Source: Candidatus Aenigmatarchaeota archaeon (lineage in GTDB: Archaea > Aenigmatarchaeota > Aenigmatarchaeia > QMZP01 > QMZT01). Taken from it: DNA of 64,000 nucleotides. The stretch covers positions 861,795 through 925,794 of the forward strand of contig CAVSBQ010000002.1 of the NCBI GenBank assembly GCA_963726265.1. Reading direction: 5' to 3'. A program made the translations under genes and the position numbers. Of this stretch, positions 9,995 through 19,504 are shown one piece after another (within the stretch, counting starts at the first letter, position 1; each line of letters starts with the position of its first letter). Below the pieces are notes generated by a model. That model was not told the DNA's origin, searched no databases, and saw nothing but the letters and a program-made list of their open reading frames with translations.

Positions 9995-11065
9995 ATGACG
10001 ATAATACTACCTTCCCACGATGAAAGCGTTATGCCGCTTACCTTAGGTCATGTTCTCAGGACTCCTAGCGAAGACTGGCCAAACTACGGCATAAGATGGG
10101 ATACGCCAACGGACTTCCAAAGGCTCGTTGAGTGGAGCAGGGGCGAATACATGAGGGAATGGGCTCAGGGAGATCCGACGCAAATAGAAGTTGTTGCAGA
10201 GGCTTCGAAAAGAGCTTTCAGCGGTAATGACAACAACCAGATTCTGAGAGAAAAGACGGGCGAAGTCGTTGCTAAACATCTTGAGATGCAGACGCAAAGC
10301 GGCAAAAGAGTTTTTTATGTCCTTGATGTCGGCGCGGGCGCCGGAGATTCTTTCATAACATTTTTGGACAAAGTCCCGAAAGACTTCAAAGGTGAAATAA
10401 CTGCTGTGCTTCTGGACCCGGCCGCAAAGCCACTGGGCAAAGCTGCTGAAAGGGTTGCTGGACGCGGAATCAAATACGTGATGCTTGAAGGAAGACAGGA
10501 CCAGATACCGGAGCTGTTTGCAAAATACCTTGATGGTAAGAAAATGTCAGCCGTTTTACAGGTTGGTTCTATACATCATGATTGCAACATCCCATTCCAG
10601 CATTTTTTTAATGTAATCGAAGATGACGGCATATTCGCATCCGGCGACTGGCATCCGCAGACGTGGCAGAATCCTGCTTACGTATTGAAAATGCTGGAAA
10701 CAAACTGGCCGGAACATGAACAGGCAATAGCACATTTCAAGAAAGTTTATGGTGTAAAAAATTCATCTTTACCGCGCGACGCCAAAGACAAGCAGGCGTG
10801 CAAGGATATATTCAGATTCTGGAAAGCTTACCACGATGGCCTGAGAGAAAGGGGAAGAGATCATGGCTCAAACAGCATATGGCCGTTTGAATCGCATCAG
10901 GACTTCAGGAGATATATTGAGAAAATGAAGGCCGCTGGATTTTCGACTGACGTTGATGGTTATCTTGGCGAGCTTCTGCATGAAACAGGAACTGCAAACC
11001 CTCAAAGTTTCTACAAAAACAGTACTGTTATAATGGGAACATACGGACACAGGTTATCGGTTTGA
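9995..11065 (+). CDS. Class I SAM-dependent methyltransferase-like protein
   Basis: Motif I VLDVGAGAG, then LLDPA and GSIHH; more AT-rich than its neighbours. Confidence 0.7.
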   Translation: MTIILPSHDESVMPLTLGHVLRTPSEDWPNYGIRWDTPTDFQRLVEWSRGEYMREWAQGDPTQIEVVAEASKRAFSGNDNNQILREKTGEVVAKHLEMQTQSGKRVFYVLDVGAGAGDSFITFLDKVPKDFKGEITAVLLDPAAKPLGKAAERVAGRGIKYVMLEGRQDQIPELFAKYLDGKKMSAVLQVGSIHHDCNIPFQHFFNVIEDDGIFASGDWHPQTWQNPAYVLKMLETNWPEHEQAIAHFKKVYGVKNSSLPRDAKDKQACKDIFRFWKAYHDGLRERGRDHGSNSIWPFESHQDFRRYIEKMKAAGFSTDVDGYLGELLHETGTANPQSFYKNSTVIMGTYGHRLSV

Positions 11066-11070
11066 AATAA

Positions 11071-12003
11071 TCAGACGCCGATTTCCGTCTTAAGCGTCCT
11101 GTAGCCTTTCGCTTCTATCGCCTTCGCGACCTTATCCTGCGTGGCCTTGCCGGGCGTAAGGATGATAACGTAGCCACCGCGTCCTGTGCCTGTTATTTTC
11201 GCTCCAGCAGCGCCGTTCGCCCTGGCAACGTTTATGATTTCCTCTGCCTGCCTGCATGAAAGGTTCATTTCCCTGAGCAGGTGGTGGTTCTCGTCCATGA
11301 GCTTGCCGAGTTTTTGTATGTCACCGCTCTCAAGGACGCCTCTCGCTTCCTTCACGATTTTCACGTAATCGCTGAATAGCTTCTCGTATTTCTTCGGGTC
11401 CGCTTCCTTCGCCTTTTTCACGTCCTCGACGACGAGCTTCGTCTCCTGGGAGATGCCAGTGTTGCCGAGCACGATTTCGATGGAATGTCTCGCCTTTATC
11501 AGCTCCATCCTGTTCTCGCCGCCTTTGAAATTCTTCTCGAACCACAGCAGGCCGCCGAAGGTCGCGCAGGTATTATCGATTCCGGAAGGCGTGCCTGCCG
11601 AACCTTTCTCGCCTTCGTAGGATATCCTGTTCACCTGCTCGTCGTCCAGGCCGAGTTTGAAATATTCCGAGAACGCGCGGGCGATGGACGTCGCCATAGC
11701 CGCGCTCGCCCCTATGCCGCTCGTGCAGAAAAGGTTGCCAGAAAGCGTGATTTTCATCGGCGTTTTAACAGGGTCGATTTTCATGAAGTCGAAAATGAGC
11801 TTCATGGAGCGCTCCATCTCGTCCTTCTTCATCATCTTGTAGCCGTCTGTCGCCGGCCGCTTGTCCACGAGCTCGAATTTCTTCGCCTTCTCGATATTCG
11901 CGATGGTTTTATCGCCTATCGCCGAAGCTATCGCTGGCAGGCCATACACCACGAAATGCTCTCCGAACAAAATGATTTTTCCGAAACCATAACCTTCTGC
12001 CAT
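11071..12003 (-). CDS. mvk: Mevalonate kinase (GHMP family)
   Basis: GKIILFGEHFVVYG, SGIGASAA, GTPSGIDN, GAKITGTGRGG. Confidence 0.93.
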   Translation of the reverse strand: MAEGYGFGKIILFGEHFVVYGLPAIASAIGDKTIANIEKAKKFELVDKRPATDGYKMMKKDEMERSMKLIFDFMKIDPVKTPMKITLSGNLFCTSGIGASAAMATSIARAFSEYFKLGLDDEQVNRISYEGEKGSAGTPSGIDNTCATFGGLLWFEKNFKGGENRMELIKARHSIEIVLGNTGISQETKLVVEDVKKAKEADPKKYEKLFSDYVKIVKEARGVLESGDIQKLGKLMDENHHLLREMNLSCRQAEEIINVARANGAAGAKITGTGRGGYVIILTPGKATQDKVAKAIEAKGYRTLKTEIGV

Positions 12004-12086
12004 GACATCACCCCATCAGAGATATGTTAATGCACAATATTTCAAATATTTAAGCACGCAGTTTAAAAATAACTAATTGTGATTTC

Positions 12087-12263
12087 ATGGTTGCGGTAAC
12101 GGACAAAAACAAGTGCCTGAGATGCGGCGGATGTGTGGCGGTGTGCTCGAAGCTCGCGCTGAACCTGACGGAGCACGGCATAACCTGCGACGCGAAGAGA
12201 TGCATCAACTGCGCGGCCTGCGTGAACTTCTGCCCTGTCGAGGCCATGAGCCTGAAGAAGTAG
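12087..12263 (+). CDS. 2x[4Fe-4S] ferredoxin (58 aa), missing from the ORF track
   Basis: MVAVTDKNKCLRCGGCVAVCSK...CINCAACVNFCPVEAMSLKK: two CxxCxxCxxxC motifs. Confidence 0.9.
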   Translation: MVAVTDKNKCLRCGGCVAVCSKLALNLTEHGITCDAKRCINCAACVNFCPVEAMSLKK

Positions 12264-12307
12264 GCGAATAGGCAAGCTTATTTTAAATTACAAACGAAGA
12301 ATTCTAC

Positions 12308-12718
12308 ATGATGCGCAAAGTGCTCGTGGGCGGCGTTTTCAACATCGTCCATCCAGGCCACGTCTTCTTCCTGAAGAAAGCGAAGGAGCTCGGCGATTAT
12401 CTCGTCGTGGTGATAGCGAATGACAAGACCGCCGCCAGGACGAAGCAATACGCCGTGCGCGGCCAGGAGGAAAGGAAGCGGGACGTCGAGAAACTGGGCA
12501 TAGCCAACAAGGTCGTGATAGGCGACGCAAGCGACTTCATGAAGGTCGTCCGGGAAGAGAAGCCGGACATAATAGCGCTCGGCTACGACCAGAGGATGAA
12601 CGAATACGAGCTGAAATGGATGCTCGCGCAGAGCGGCGTAAGGTGCGCGATATTCAGGATAAAGCAGAACCTGAGGGGTTACAAGACAAGCAGACTTATA
12701 AAAAAGAACAAAAAATAG
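12308..12718 (+). CDS. ribL: Archaeal FAD synthase / cytidylyltransferase-like protein
   Basis: GGVFNIVHPGHVFFLKKAKELGD, PDIIALGYDQ. Confidence 0.8.
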   Translation: MMRKVLVGGVFNIVHPGHVFFLKKAKELGDYLVVVIANDKTAARTKQYAVRGQEERKRDVEKLGIANKVVIGDASDFMKVVREEKPDIIALGYDQRMNEYELKWMLAQSGVRCAIFRIKQNLRGYKTSRLIKKNKK

Positions 12719-12726
12719 CAAGAGAT

Positions 12727-12807
12727 TTACATGTTCTCTTCTTCTTCCTCTGATGGATCTTCGTCATCAAAGGGTTTTTCAGGAAAATCGTCGTCATCAA
12801 AGCGCAA
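12727..12807 (-). CDS. Putative 26-aa highly acidic microprotein
   Basis: TTG start, MRFDDDDFPEKPFDDEDPSEEEEENM; GGTGAT RBS just upstream and a TATA-like CTTAAATA about 40 nt upstream. Confidence 0.4.
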   Translation of the reverse strand: MRFDDDDFPEKPFDDEDPSEEEEENM

Positions 12808-12891
12808 ACAAATCACCCAAATTTATTTAATATTGAACGGCATGGGTATTTAAGATTTTTGATTGTCTAGTCTCGCTTGTCGCAGAGCCGC

Positions 12892-13281
12892 TTATCTCGC
12901 CTGCTTTATCATTTTCCTGCTGCCTATTTCCCAGTATTCGACTTCCCCGCCCGCCTGGACCCTGTCCTTCAAGTCGGCAGGTATTTCGACCTCGAACATC
13001 GAGTAGTCCTCAAGGTCCATGAGCTGTGCCATGTTGCCCGTTATCGACACGACCTGTGCCCCCCTTTTCAGGATTATGGGGATGCTGCACGCAGCCGACG
13101 TGGGCTTCATGAGAGTTCGCTTTTTATCGTCGAACACGCCGACTGCTTCGACTCTCGCTTTAGTCGCGCCGTGCTTTCCGGGTTTTGACGTAGCTGTCTT
13201 CGTGACCTTGCACGGCTCGCCGTCTATCATCACATATGACCCGGGTTTCAAATCCTTTACTACTCCTACCTTTTCCGCCAT
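12892..13281 (-). CDS. eif5a: Translation factor aIF5A
   Basis: Hypusine motif SKPGKHG, IDGEPC, QLMDLEDY. Confidence 0.95.
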   Translation of the reverse strand: MAEKVGVVKDLKPGSYVMIDGEPCKVTKTATSKPGKHGATKARVEAVGVFDDKKRTLMKPTSAACSIPIILKRGAQVVSITGNMAQLMDLEDYSMFEVEIPADLKDRVQAGGEVEYWEIGSRKMIKQAR

Positions 13282-13337
13282 GAACAACCCTCACCTTTTT
13301 AATGTAGTTATTATTGTAATGTTATTATAATAAATAA

Positions 13338-13413
13338 TTTTGCCAGGCTGGCCTTCCTGCGTTTCTCCGGCATCGTCCCGCGAGAACAGGCATAATGTAA
13401 CCACTTGGCAAAA
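13338..13413. other. Long GC-rich stem-loop in the AT-rich divergent aIF5A/TFB intergenic region
   Basis: TTTTGCCAGGCTGG pairs with CCACTTGGCAAAA; inner helices CCTG/CAGG and TTCTC/GAGAA. Confidence 0.5.
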
Positions 13414-13509
13414 GTGAATATATACACTGAAATATCGAAATCTTTATAAAGGAGTAAACTATAAGATATATTAACGTTTGGACTTATATAATCACTTGAA
13501 GGGAGTAAA

Positions 13510-14472
13510 ATGCCCGCAAAAATGCCTGCAAAACATGACGAAAAAAAGCAAAAATGCCCTGAGTGCAATTCTACTAACCTGAAATATGATTCTTCCAGAG
13601 GTGAAATGACGTGCGCGGATTGCGGCCTCGTCATTAATTCTTCTATGATCGACACGACCCAGGAATGGAGAGCGTTCGACGACAGCCAGCGCTCGCGACG
13701 TGTGAGAACGGGCGCTCCGCTGACGGTGACGAAGCACGACCAGGGCCTGACGACTGAGATAGGCAAGGGGCGCGGCGAGCTGTTCAAGGTCGCGGCGAAA
13801 AAGCGCGCGCAATATTACAGGCTTTCCAAGTGGCACAAGAGGCTGATAAAATCGAAAGACCGCAACTTGTCCTTCGCGTTCTCCGAGTTGCAGAGGCTCA
13901 TTTCTTACCTGAACCTTTCGCAAGCGGTCCACGAGAAGGTCGCGAAGCTTTACGAAAGGGCGGTTGAGAAAGGTCTCGTCCGCGGACGCTCGACCGAGTC
14001 GATAATAGCCGCGCTGCTCTACACTACCTGTAGAGAGGAAGGCGCTCCGCGAACGCTGGACGAGATTTCCAAGGCTTCAGGCATCCCCAAGAGGGACATA
14101 GGAAAAACGTATCGTTATATTTCAAGGAAGCTCGACATCCGCATACTTCCCGCGAAACCCCAGGATTACATACCGAGATTCGGCTCGCTTCTTGGCCTCG
14201 ACGAAATTATCCAGGTGAAGGCGGTCAAGGTCCTCGACGAGGCGATGAAGCACGACGTGACGAGCGGGAAAGGTCCGATCGGCGTCGCGGCTGCGGCGTT
14301 GTACATCGCTGCGGTCCTCGAAGGCAAGAAAAAGACGCAGCGCGAGGTCGCGGATGCGATAGGCGTGACCGAAGTCACAATTCGAAATCGTTACAAGGAA
14401 ATAGTCGAGCGCCTCGGCATAAAGGACGAGGTCGAGGAAAAGGTCAAGGAAGACGAGGAACTGCTCGATTAA
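13510..14472 (+). CDS. tfb: Transcription initiation factor IIB
   Basis: CPEC...CADCG zinc ribbon, EWRAF, two cyclin repeats, TQREVA...VTEVTIRNRYKE. Confidence 0.96.
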   Translation: MPAKMPAKHDEKKQKCPECNSTNLKYDSSRGEMTCADCGLVINSSMIDTTQEWRAFDDSQRSRRVRTGAPLTVTKHDQGLTTEIGKGRGELFKVAAKKRAQYYRLSKWHKRLIKSKDRNLSFAFSELQRLISYLNLSQAVHEKVAKLYERAVEKGLVRGRSTESIIAALLYTTCREEGAPRTLDEISKASGIPKRDIGKTYRYISRKLDIRILPAKPQDYIPRFGSLLGLDEIIQVKAVKVLDEAMKHDVTSGKGPIGVAAAALYIAAVLEGKKKTQREVADAIGVTEVTIRNRYKEIVERLGIKDEVEEKVKEDEELLD

Positions 14473-14484
14473 ACTCGTTCGCCC

Positions 14485-15558
14485 CTAATTATTCTTGCGT
14501 CTTAAAATTCCGGCAATTTCCCTTACAGTGGCGTCTGTTTTTACTGCCGTAAGGCACATGTGCGTCCTGGACGCCTCGAAGCCCTTTGACCTCAGGCTTT
14601 CTATGATATCATCGATTTTCGGAGGGCTCGCCTTCAGCGACTGCGCCACCATGTGCACGTCGTAATAGAAAGGATGGTCTATCTCCTCCGCAGAAAGTTT
14701 TATCTCTTTTTCGCCCTGGAATTCGAACGACTCCAGCAAACGTTTGCAGAACTCGCGATCCTGGATTTCCCCGGTCCATAGCGGGCCGATGTGCTTCATT
14801 TCGCTTCTGCAGTTATCGCAGCGGCTCTCTACGCCGATTTTTTTGTTGTGGCATTTCGGGCAGTACGAGACCATGCTTATCTTTGCCATTCCCTTTTCAG
14901 CGCCATACGAAACCCTTCCGATAACGCGGAAGTAATGGTTCGCGTGCGAATACAGGGGCTCGAAGCTCATGTCGTGCGTCGCGAGGTTCTTGATAATAGA
15001 GGTTATCAGGACGCGGATGCCCAGTTCTTTCGGGAAGTCGGTTTCCGTCACGAACACGCCGTAGCGCCTGAAGCACGCGGAAGCGAACTTCCCTGACAGC
15101 GCGCCCGAGTCCGTCGCGGTCACGCCGAGCAGCGAGGCCTTCCTGAGTGAATAAGAGACGCTTCTCAGGAACTTGATGGGCGAGCCGAACGGGTCGATGT
15201 CAACGAAATTGAACCTTCTTTTTTCGAGGAAAAGCTCGTTCGCGTCCTTGCTGGAGATTTCGTAAGATGACTTCTTTATTTTGTTAAGCGCGAGATTCTT
15301 GCGGAGAAGCTTTATGGCGGCAGGGCTGACATCGTTGAACATAACGCTGGCGACGCCCGCTTCCTTTAACAGGCGAATTCCGCGCACGCCTGTCGCCGCG
15401 AGCGGGTCGAGAACGTCTTTCGCCCCGGCGAGCCTGACGATTGCGACGGTCACGTTCCTCTGGTGCTCCATCGCCGGGTTGTAGAACGTCTCCGACGCCT
15501 TCGTCAGCGATTCGTCGGGAACGTAAAGTTTCGCTTTTCCTTCTACGGTCTTTTTCAT
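14485..15558 (-). CDS. trm1: tRNA (guanine26-N2)-dimethyltransferase
   Basis: FYNPAM, DPLAATGVRGIR, DIDPFGSP, VTATD, ELGIRVL, GPLWTG, SRTH. Confidence 0.92.
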   Translation of the reverse strand: MKKTVEGKAKLYVPDESLTKASETFYNPAMEHQRNVTVAIVRLAGAKDVLDPLAATGVRGIRLLKEAGVASVMFNDVSPAAIKLLRKNLALNKIKKSSYEISSKDANELFLEKRRFNFVDIDPFGSPIKFLRSVSYSLRKASLLGVTATDSGALSGKFASACFRRYGVFVTETDFPKELGIRVLITSIIKNLATHDMSFEPLYSHANHYFRVIGRVSYGAEKGMAKISMVSYCPKCHNKKIGVESRCDNCRSEMKHIGPLWTGEIQDREFCKRLLESFEFQGEKEIKLSAEEIDHPFYYDVHMVAQSLKASPPKIDDIIESLRSKGFEASRTHMCLTAVKTDATVREIAGILRRKNN

Positions 15559-15601
15559 AGGAAATTTTTGAAAGCAGACAATAAAAACATAAAAAGAAAG
15601 A

Positions 15602-15675
15602 TGGGGCAAGTGGGATTTGAACCCACGACCTATCGGTCTTCAGCCGAGCGCTCTCCCGGGCTGAGCTATTGCCCC
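15602..15675 (-). tRNA. tRNA-Phe(GAA), intronless, CCA not encoded
   Basis: Reverse complement GGGGCAATAGCTCAGCCCGGGAGAGCGCTCGGCTGAAGACCGATAGGTCGTGGGTTCAAATCCCACTTGCCCCA folds as a cloverleaf. Confidence 0.95.
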
Positions 15676-15712
15676 CCGTATAACCATAATATTCTGGCAG
15701 GCAATTTAAAAA

Positions 15713-15991
15713 TCAATACGTGACCACTTTTATGCTGCGGTCTTCCTGCTGTATCTTGTATATCTTGCCCGCCCTGAACCTGCCTATGACGCTTTCCAGC
15801 GCCTTTTCCATTTCCTGGTAATGCTCGGGGCACAAATAGAGCGAAATTATGTCCCTTTTCTTGGCCGTGTGCATGTCTATCTGGTATATCAGCATCTCCT
15901 TCGACGGCTTCCTGCCGCATTCCCTGAAGTTGCAGCTCGTCCTGAGAAGGCGGATGTTGCAGTGCCTGTCGACAAGCTCGAAGAGCTCCAT
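15713..15991 (-). CDS. Hypothetical protein with possible Zn site (CxxxxC...CxxH)
   Basis: CNFRECG...LCPEH; lies between the two tRNAs. Confidence 0.55.
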   Translation of the reverse strand: MELFELVDRHCNIRLLRTSCNFRECGRKPSKEMLIYQIDMHTAKKRDIISLYLCPEHYQEMEKALESVIGRFRAGKIYKIQQEDRSIKVVTY

Positions 15992-16102
15992 GTTAAGTTA
16001 TTGGGCTAAAGCTTGAAAAACGTTTCAGAAGCAGCAGGCTGACGCAGGCTTGCCTGCGCTTAAATCGATTGAAACAGGCAGGGCCTGTTTCTTTCGCTCG
16101 TC

Positions 16103-16117
16103 ACGTCCCGGGCAGGG
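16103..16117 (-). repeat. Near-perfect duplicate of the tRNA-Asn 3' end
   Basis: ACGTCCCGGGCAGGG (16103-16117) vs ACGTCCCGAGCAGGG (16122-16136), 14/15 identical. Confidence 0.7.
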
Positions 16118-16122
16118 AACGA

Positions 16123-16194
16123 CGTCCCGAGCAGGGTTCGAACCTGCGACCTATCGGTTAACAGCCGATCGCTCTACCACTGAGCTATCGGGAC
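16123..16194 (-). tRNA. tRNA-Asn(GTT), intronless, CCA not encoded
   Basis: Reverse complement GTCCCGATAGCTCAGTGGTAGAGCGATCGGCTGTTAACCGATAGGTCGCAGGTTCGAACCCTGCTCGGGACG. Confidence 0.95.
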
Positions 16195-16257
16195 AATACT
16201 AAAGTTTAACCAGCGCCAGAAATAAAAAGGTTTTTCATTCCCTTTGCAAAATCCTTT

Positions 16258-17367
16258 CTAAGGCAAGAAGTCCTGCTGCCTGATTTTTTCGGGCAGGTAT
16301 GTCTCGGAGATGAACCTTATCCCCTTCGCCGACAGCGCTTCTAACTCGAGCTTGTAGCCGAAATGTAGCATGTTCTTGAGCTCCTTCTGCCATTCCTTGG
16401 GCTTGAACCAGACGTATTGCATGAGCTCTTTCGTGCGCTTGATGTCGAGGTTGTTCATCTTTATCGTGACGTTGTGAGGTATGCCGAATTTTTCGACGTC
16501 GAGCGTCGTGAGCCCGATGTATTTCGCGTCAGGCGTGCCCAGCCGGTCTGACAGGAAGGAAAGATTGATGGAGCCCTGCTTGATGACCGAGTAAATATAA
16601 TAGCCGTAGCAGTCGGCGTCGCACAGCACGTATACGGGCAGCTTGTGTTCAATATGGAGCCGGTTGACGAGGCGGCGCGTCCCGCGCGCGGGCTGGCCCT
16701 TGCCGGTTATGATGAGGCAGTTGTGCTTCTTCCAGAACTTGTCTTCATTGAGGCGCTGCCAGACGGCGTCTTTCTCTATGACCAGGACGTAGTCTGCCTT
16801 GACGTCCTCGAACCGGATGATGTCGCTCTCGACGTTGCTCGGGATCGCCCAGCCGGAGCTGCCCATCTTGGCGCAGTTTATCCTGTCGCCCATGTCGTTT
16901 AGGACGACGTTGCCCGCCATGTAGCCCTTGCGATCGGCCTTGAGGCTGAGGTTTTCCCTGAGCGTGTTGAGCATCGCCTCAAGGTCCTCGATGACGGGGT
17001 CGCTCTCGTCCTGCTCCTCGAACGTGTTTTCCCTCGTCCCTGGAATTGTGCGCTTGAGCGCGTAGTAAAGGTCACGAATCGACGTGGTAACGCCCTGCCT
17101 GCGTATGTTCTTGCATTCCGCGGCGACCATCAGCGTCTGCATGAACTTCTTGGTGTGCGCGGCGTTCAGGTAGAAGCGCTCGCTCTTCTTTTCGCCCAGC
17201 TGGATAAGGCCGTTCTTCTCGTCAAAATATATGTTCGAGAGTGACCTGACCGGCAGCTCTAGCTTTGGGTTTTCCTGCCTTTCTATCTGGCGCAGGACGT
17301 TCTTTCCCAGTTCCTGCAGCTTTTGCGCTTCCTTCCTTTCCTTCTCCGCCTTCGCTTTCTCCATCAT
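16258..17367 (-). CDS. top6A: DNA topoisomerase VI subunit A
   Basis: SIRDLYY (catalytic Tyr), [27 protein letters not shown]. Confidence 0.95.
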   Translation of the reverse strand: MMEKAKAEKERKEAQKLQELGKNVLRQIERQENPKLELPVRSLSNIYFDEKNGLIQLGEKKSERFYLNAAHTKKFMQTLMVAAECKNIRRQGVTTSIRDLYYALKRTIPGTRENTFEEQDESDPVIEDLEAMLNTLRENLSLKADRKGYMAGNVVLNDMGDRINCAKMGSSGWAIPSNVESDIIRFEDVKADYVLVIEKDAVWQRLNEDKFWKKHNCLIITGKGQPARGTRRLVNRLHIEHKLPVYVLCDADCYGYYIYSVIKQGSINLSFLSDRLGTPDAKYIGLTTLDVEKFGIPHNVTIKMNNLDIKRTKELMQYVWFKPKEWQKELKNMLHFGYKLELEALSAKGIRFISETYLPEKIRQQDFLP

Positions 17368-18934
17368 CTTCCTCCGTTATTTTATGCCTTTTCGAATTTA
17401 TGAGCTCGAAAATCTCCTGCTTTATTTTCTCCTTGTTCTCTTCAGTGAGCTCTGAAATAGCATTCGCAGTCTCGTCCGCATAGCGCTCGAAGGTCTGCAT
17501 CCTCTGCTGGTGGTATTCGCTTTTGCGCTTACCGGAAAGGTAAAGCCCCAGCTTACGCGAGCATTCCTGCAGCGCTAGTTTTATTTCCTTGATTATGACC
17601 GGATAACTCGCGATTGCCTCCTTCGATTCGGAGGTGAACGGCACCCACACTGAAAACAGGTGGACGAATATCGCGACCGGCTCGGGGTTCTCGGCCGAGG
17701 TCTTCATGAAATTCGCGAGGCCGTATCTCCTCCATTCGATGTCAGAAATCGACTTCGTGATAGCGCAATCCCCTTGCTGATATAACAGCGGCACGCGGTT
17801 CGCGAACCTCATGACTTTCGGCTCCGTGATCGCGCCTGCGTAGGCGATGCCCACCTCGACTTGGAAGGGCCATCCCCTGTAGACCTCGGGAGGCCTGGTC
17901 ACGGCATCGACCCACTCCGGCCTGAATTCCTTTTCGAGGCTTTTCTTGATGACGTCCTCGCCGAGAGGCGACAGGCAGTCCGTCGGCGGCTTGAGCAGCT
18001 TCACGCCCTTTATGACCTCCACGATCCTGCGCGCCTCCTCGTCCGTGATTCTCCGCGGCTTCCTCGTCTCCTCTATGACCGCCCGCGTGCATATGTCCTT
18101 CGCCGTAACCCTTCCGACCTTGGTGAACTCGCTGGTCAGGAAGCTGGCGAAGGTCCGCGCCTTCGTGTCGCGAAGCATGCGGGTGAAAACGCCGAACTCG
18201 ACGCCGTGCAGGTGTGGCATTATCTCCTTCGGCTCGCGCGGCAGGTGGCCGACCGCGTTCTCGTACACGCTTTCCACGCCGTCCGGCGCCACGAAAGTTA
18301 TCTTCGCGTGCGGGTTCACTATCGCGGTCTGCCTTATGTATTCGGGTATCGACTGCCTGTAATCCCTGTAAATGCCCTCGGTCATGAACCTCAGCGCAAC
18401 GCCGGTCGCGAATCTCATTTTGGCCCCCTGCAGGCTGTCTTTTTCCGTGGTGGAGCTTTCAACTATGATGGGCTCGTTCTTGCGCACGTCTATCTTTATC
18501 TTGTACTGGTGCAGCTTTCCGTTGCCTGTCGAGCTGAATATTTCGAGCGGCTCCCCGGTAGTAAGCTGCGTGTAAAGCGTCGCAGCGGAGACGCCTATGC
18601 CTTGCTGGCCGCGGCTCTGGCGGAGCCTGTGGAACTTCGAGCCGTAGAGCAGCTTCCCGAAAATCCTGGGTATCTGCTTCTCGACGATGCCGGGCCCGTT
18701 GTCCTCGATTATTATCTCGTATTTCTCGGGGGCGAGCTCCTTCACGCTCACGAAAATTTCCGGCAGCATGCCCGCCTCTTCGGTCGCGTCGAGCGCGTTG
18801 TCGACGCCTTCCTTGACTATCATGAGAAGCGCTTTCGCCTTGTTGTCGTAGCCGAGGAGATGGCGGTTCTTCTCGAAGAACTCGGATACCGAAATCTCGC
18901 GCTGCTCCTTGGCCATGTCTTCAGCTTTCTTCAT
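17222..18934 (-). CDS. top6B: DNA topoisomerase VI subunit B
   Basis: [62 protein letters not shown]. Confidence 0.95.
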   Translation of the reverse strand: MKKAEDMAKEQREISVSEFFEKNRHLLGYDNKAKALLMIVKEGVDNALDATEEAGMLPEIFVSVKELAPEKYEIIIEDNGPGIVEKQIPRIFGKLLYGSKFHRLRQSRGQQGIGVSAATLYTQLTTGEPLEIFSSTGNGKLHQYKIKIDVRKNEPIIVESSTTEKDSLQGAKMRFATGVALRFMTEGIYRDYRQSIPEYIRQTAIVNPHAKITFVAPDGVESVYENAVGHLPREPKEIMPHLHGVEFGVFTRMLRDTKARTFASFLTSEFTKVGRVTAKDICTRAVIEETRKPRRITDEEARRIVEVIKGVKLLKPPTDCLSPLGEDVIKKSLEKEFRPEWVDAVTRPPEVYRGWPFQVEVGIAYAGAITEPKVMRFANRVPLLYQQGDCAITKSISDIEWRRYGLANFMKTSAENPEPVAIFVHLFSVWVPFTSESKEAIASYPVIIKEIKLALQECSRKLGLYLSGKRKSEYHQQRMQTFERYADETANAISELTEENKEKIKQEIFELINSKRHKITEEDDGESEGGEGKEGSAKAAGTGKERPAPDRKAGKPKARAAGQVTLEHIF

Positions 18935-19416
18935 CCTTCCCTTCCTCAAGGCAGCGATACACGTAAGCGTGCGTTTTCCCTTTTATCAGCAGGCCTATCG
19001 CCTCATTCGCTCTCTCGACTTCGTCCCACTTGCCTATTATGGAGATCGTTTTTCCGTAAACGCAGATGTCCGTCTTGGTCAGCGTCTCGATGGTGTGCCT
19101 GCTTTTGCCGTCCCTGCCTATGATTCTTGCTATTGTCCTTTTCATCTGCTTCTCGCTCTCGTCGCCGAGGCTTATCACGTCGAGGCGGAAATCGTCATGC
19201 AGGAGCTTCAGCGCCTTATCTGGCGGCGAAGCCGCGGCCTATCGCCTTCACTATCTCCTTCGCCTTCAGCACGTCGAGCGCCTCGCCATCGATTTCGACG
19301 TCGTCGCCGACCGTGAGCGAGGTGTGAGTCTTTTTCTCGAGCTCCTTTTTTACCGAGCCGTTCTTCCCTATAAGCGCGCCCTTCCTCTGCTCCGGGATTC
19401 TGACAAGCTCAATCAT
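18921..19416 (-). CDS. KH-domain rRNA-processing protein Dim2/Pno1 (frameshift near 19215)
   Basis: [15 protein letters not shown]...IVKAIGRGF, then [10 protein letters not shown]...IE...[10 protein letters not shown]...H..VY. Confidence 0.85.
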
Positions 19417-19504
19417 GGGCCATCATAAGAGAATTTTAATAACAGCATAACTTAAATGTTTCACCGTCTGGGCGGCGTTTTCATGAAGCATGACGGCTGT
19501 AAAA

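Noticed and set aside
13506..13533. MPAK-MPAK tandem repeat at the TFB N-terminus
   Set aside because: A 12-bp micro-duplication in a disordered leader; no evidence of function.
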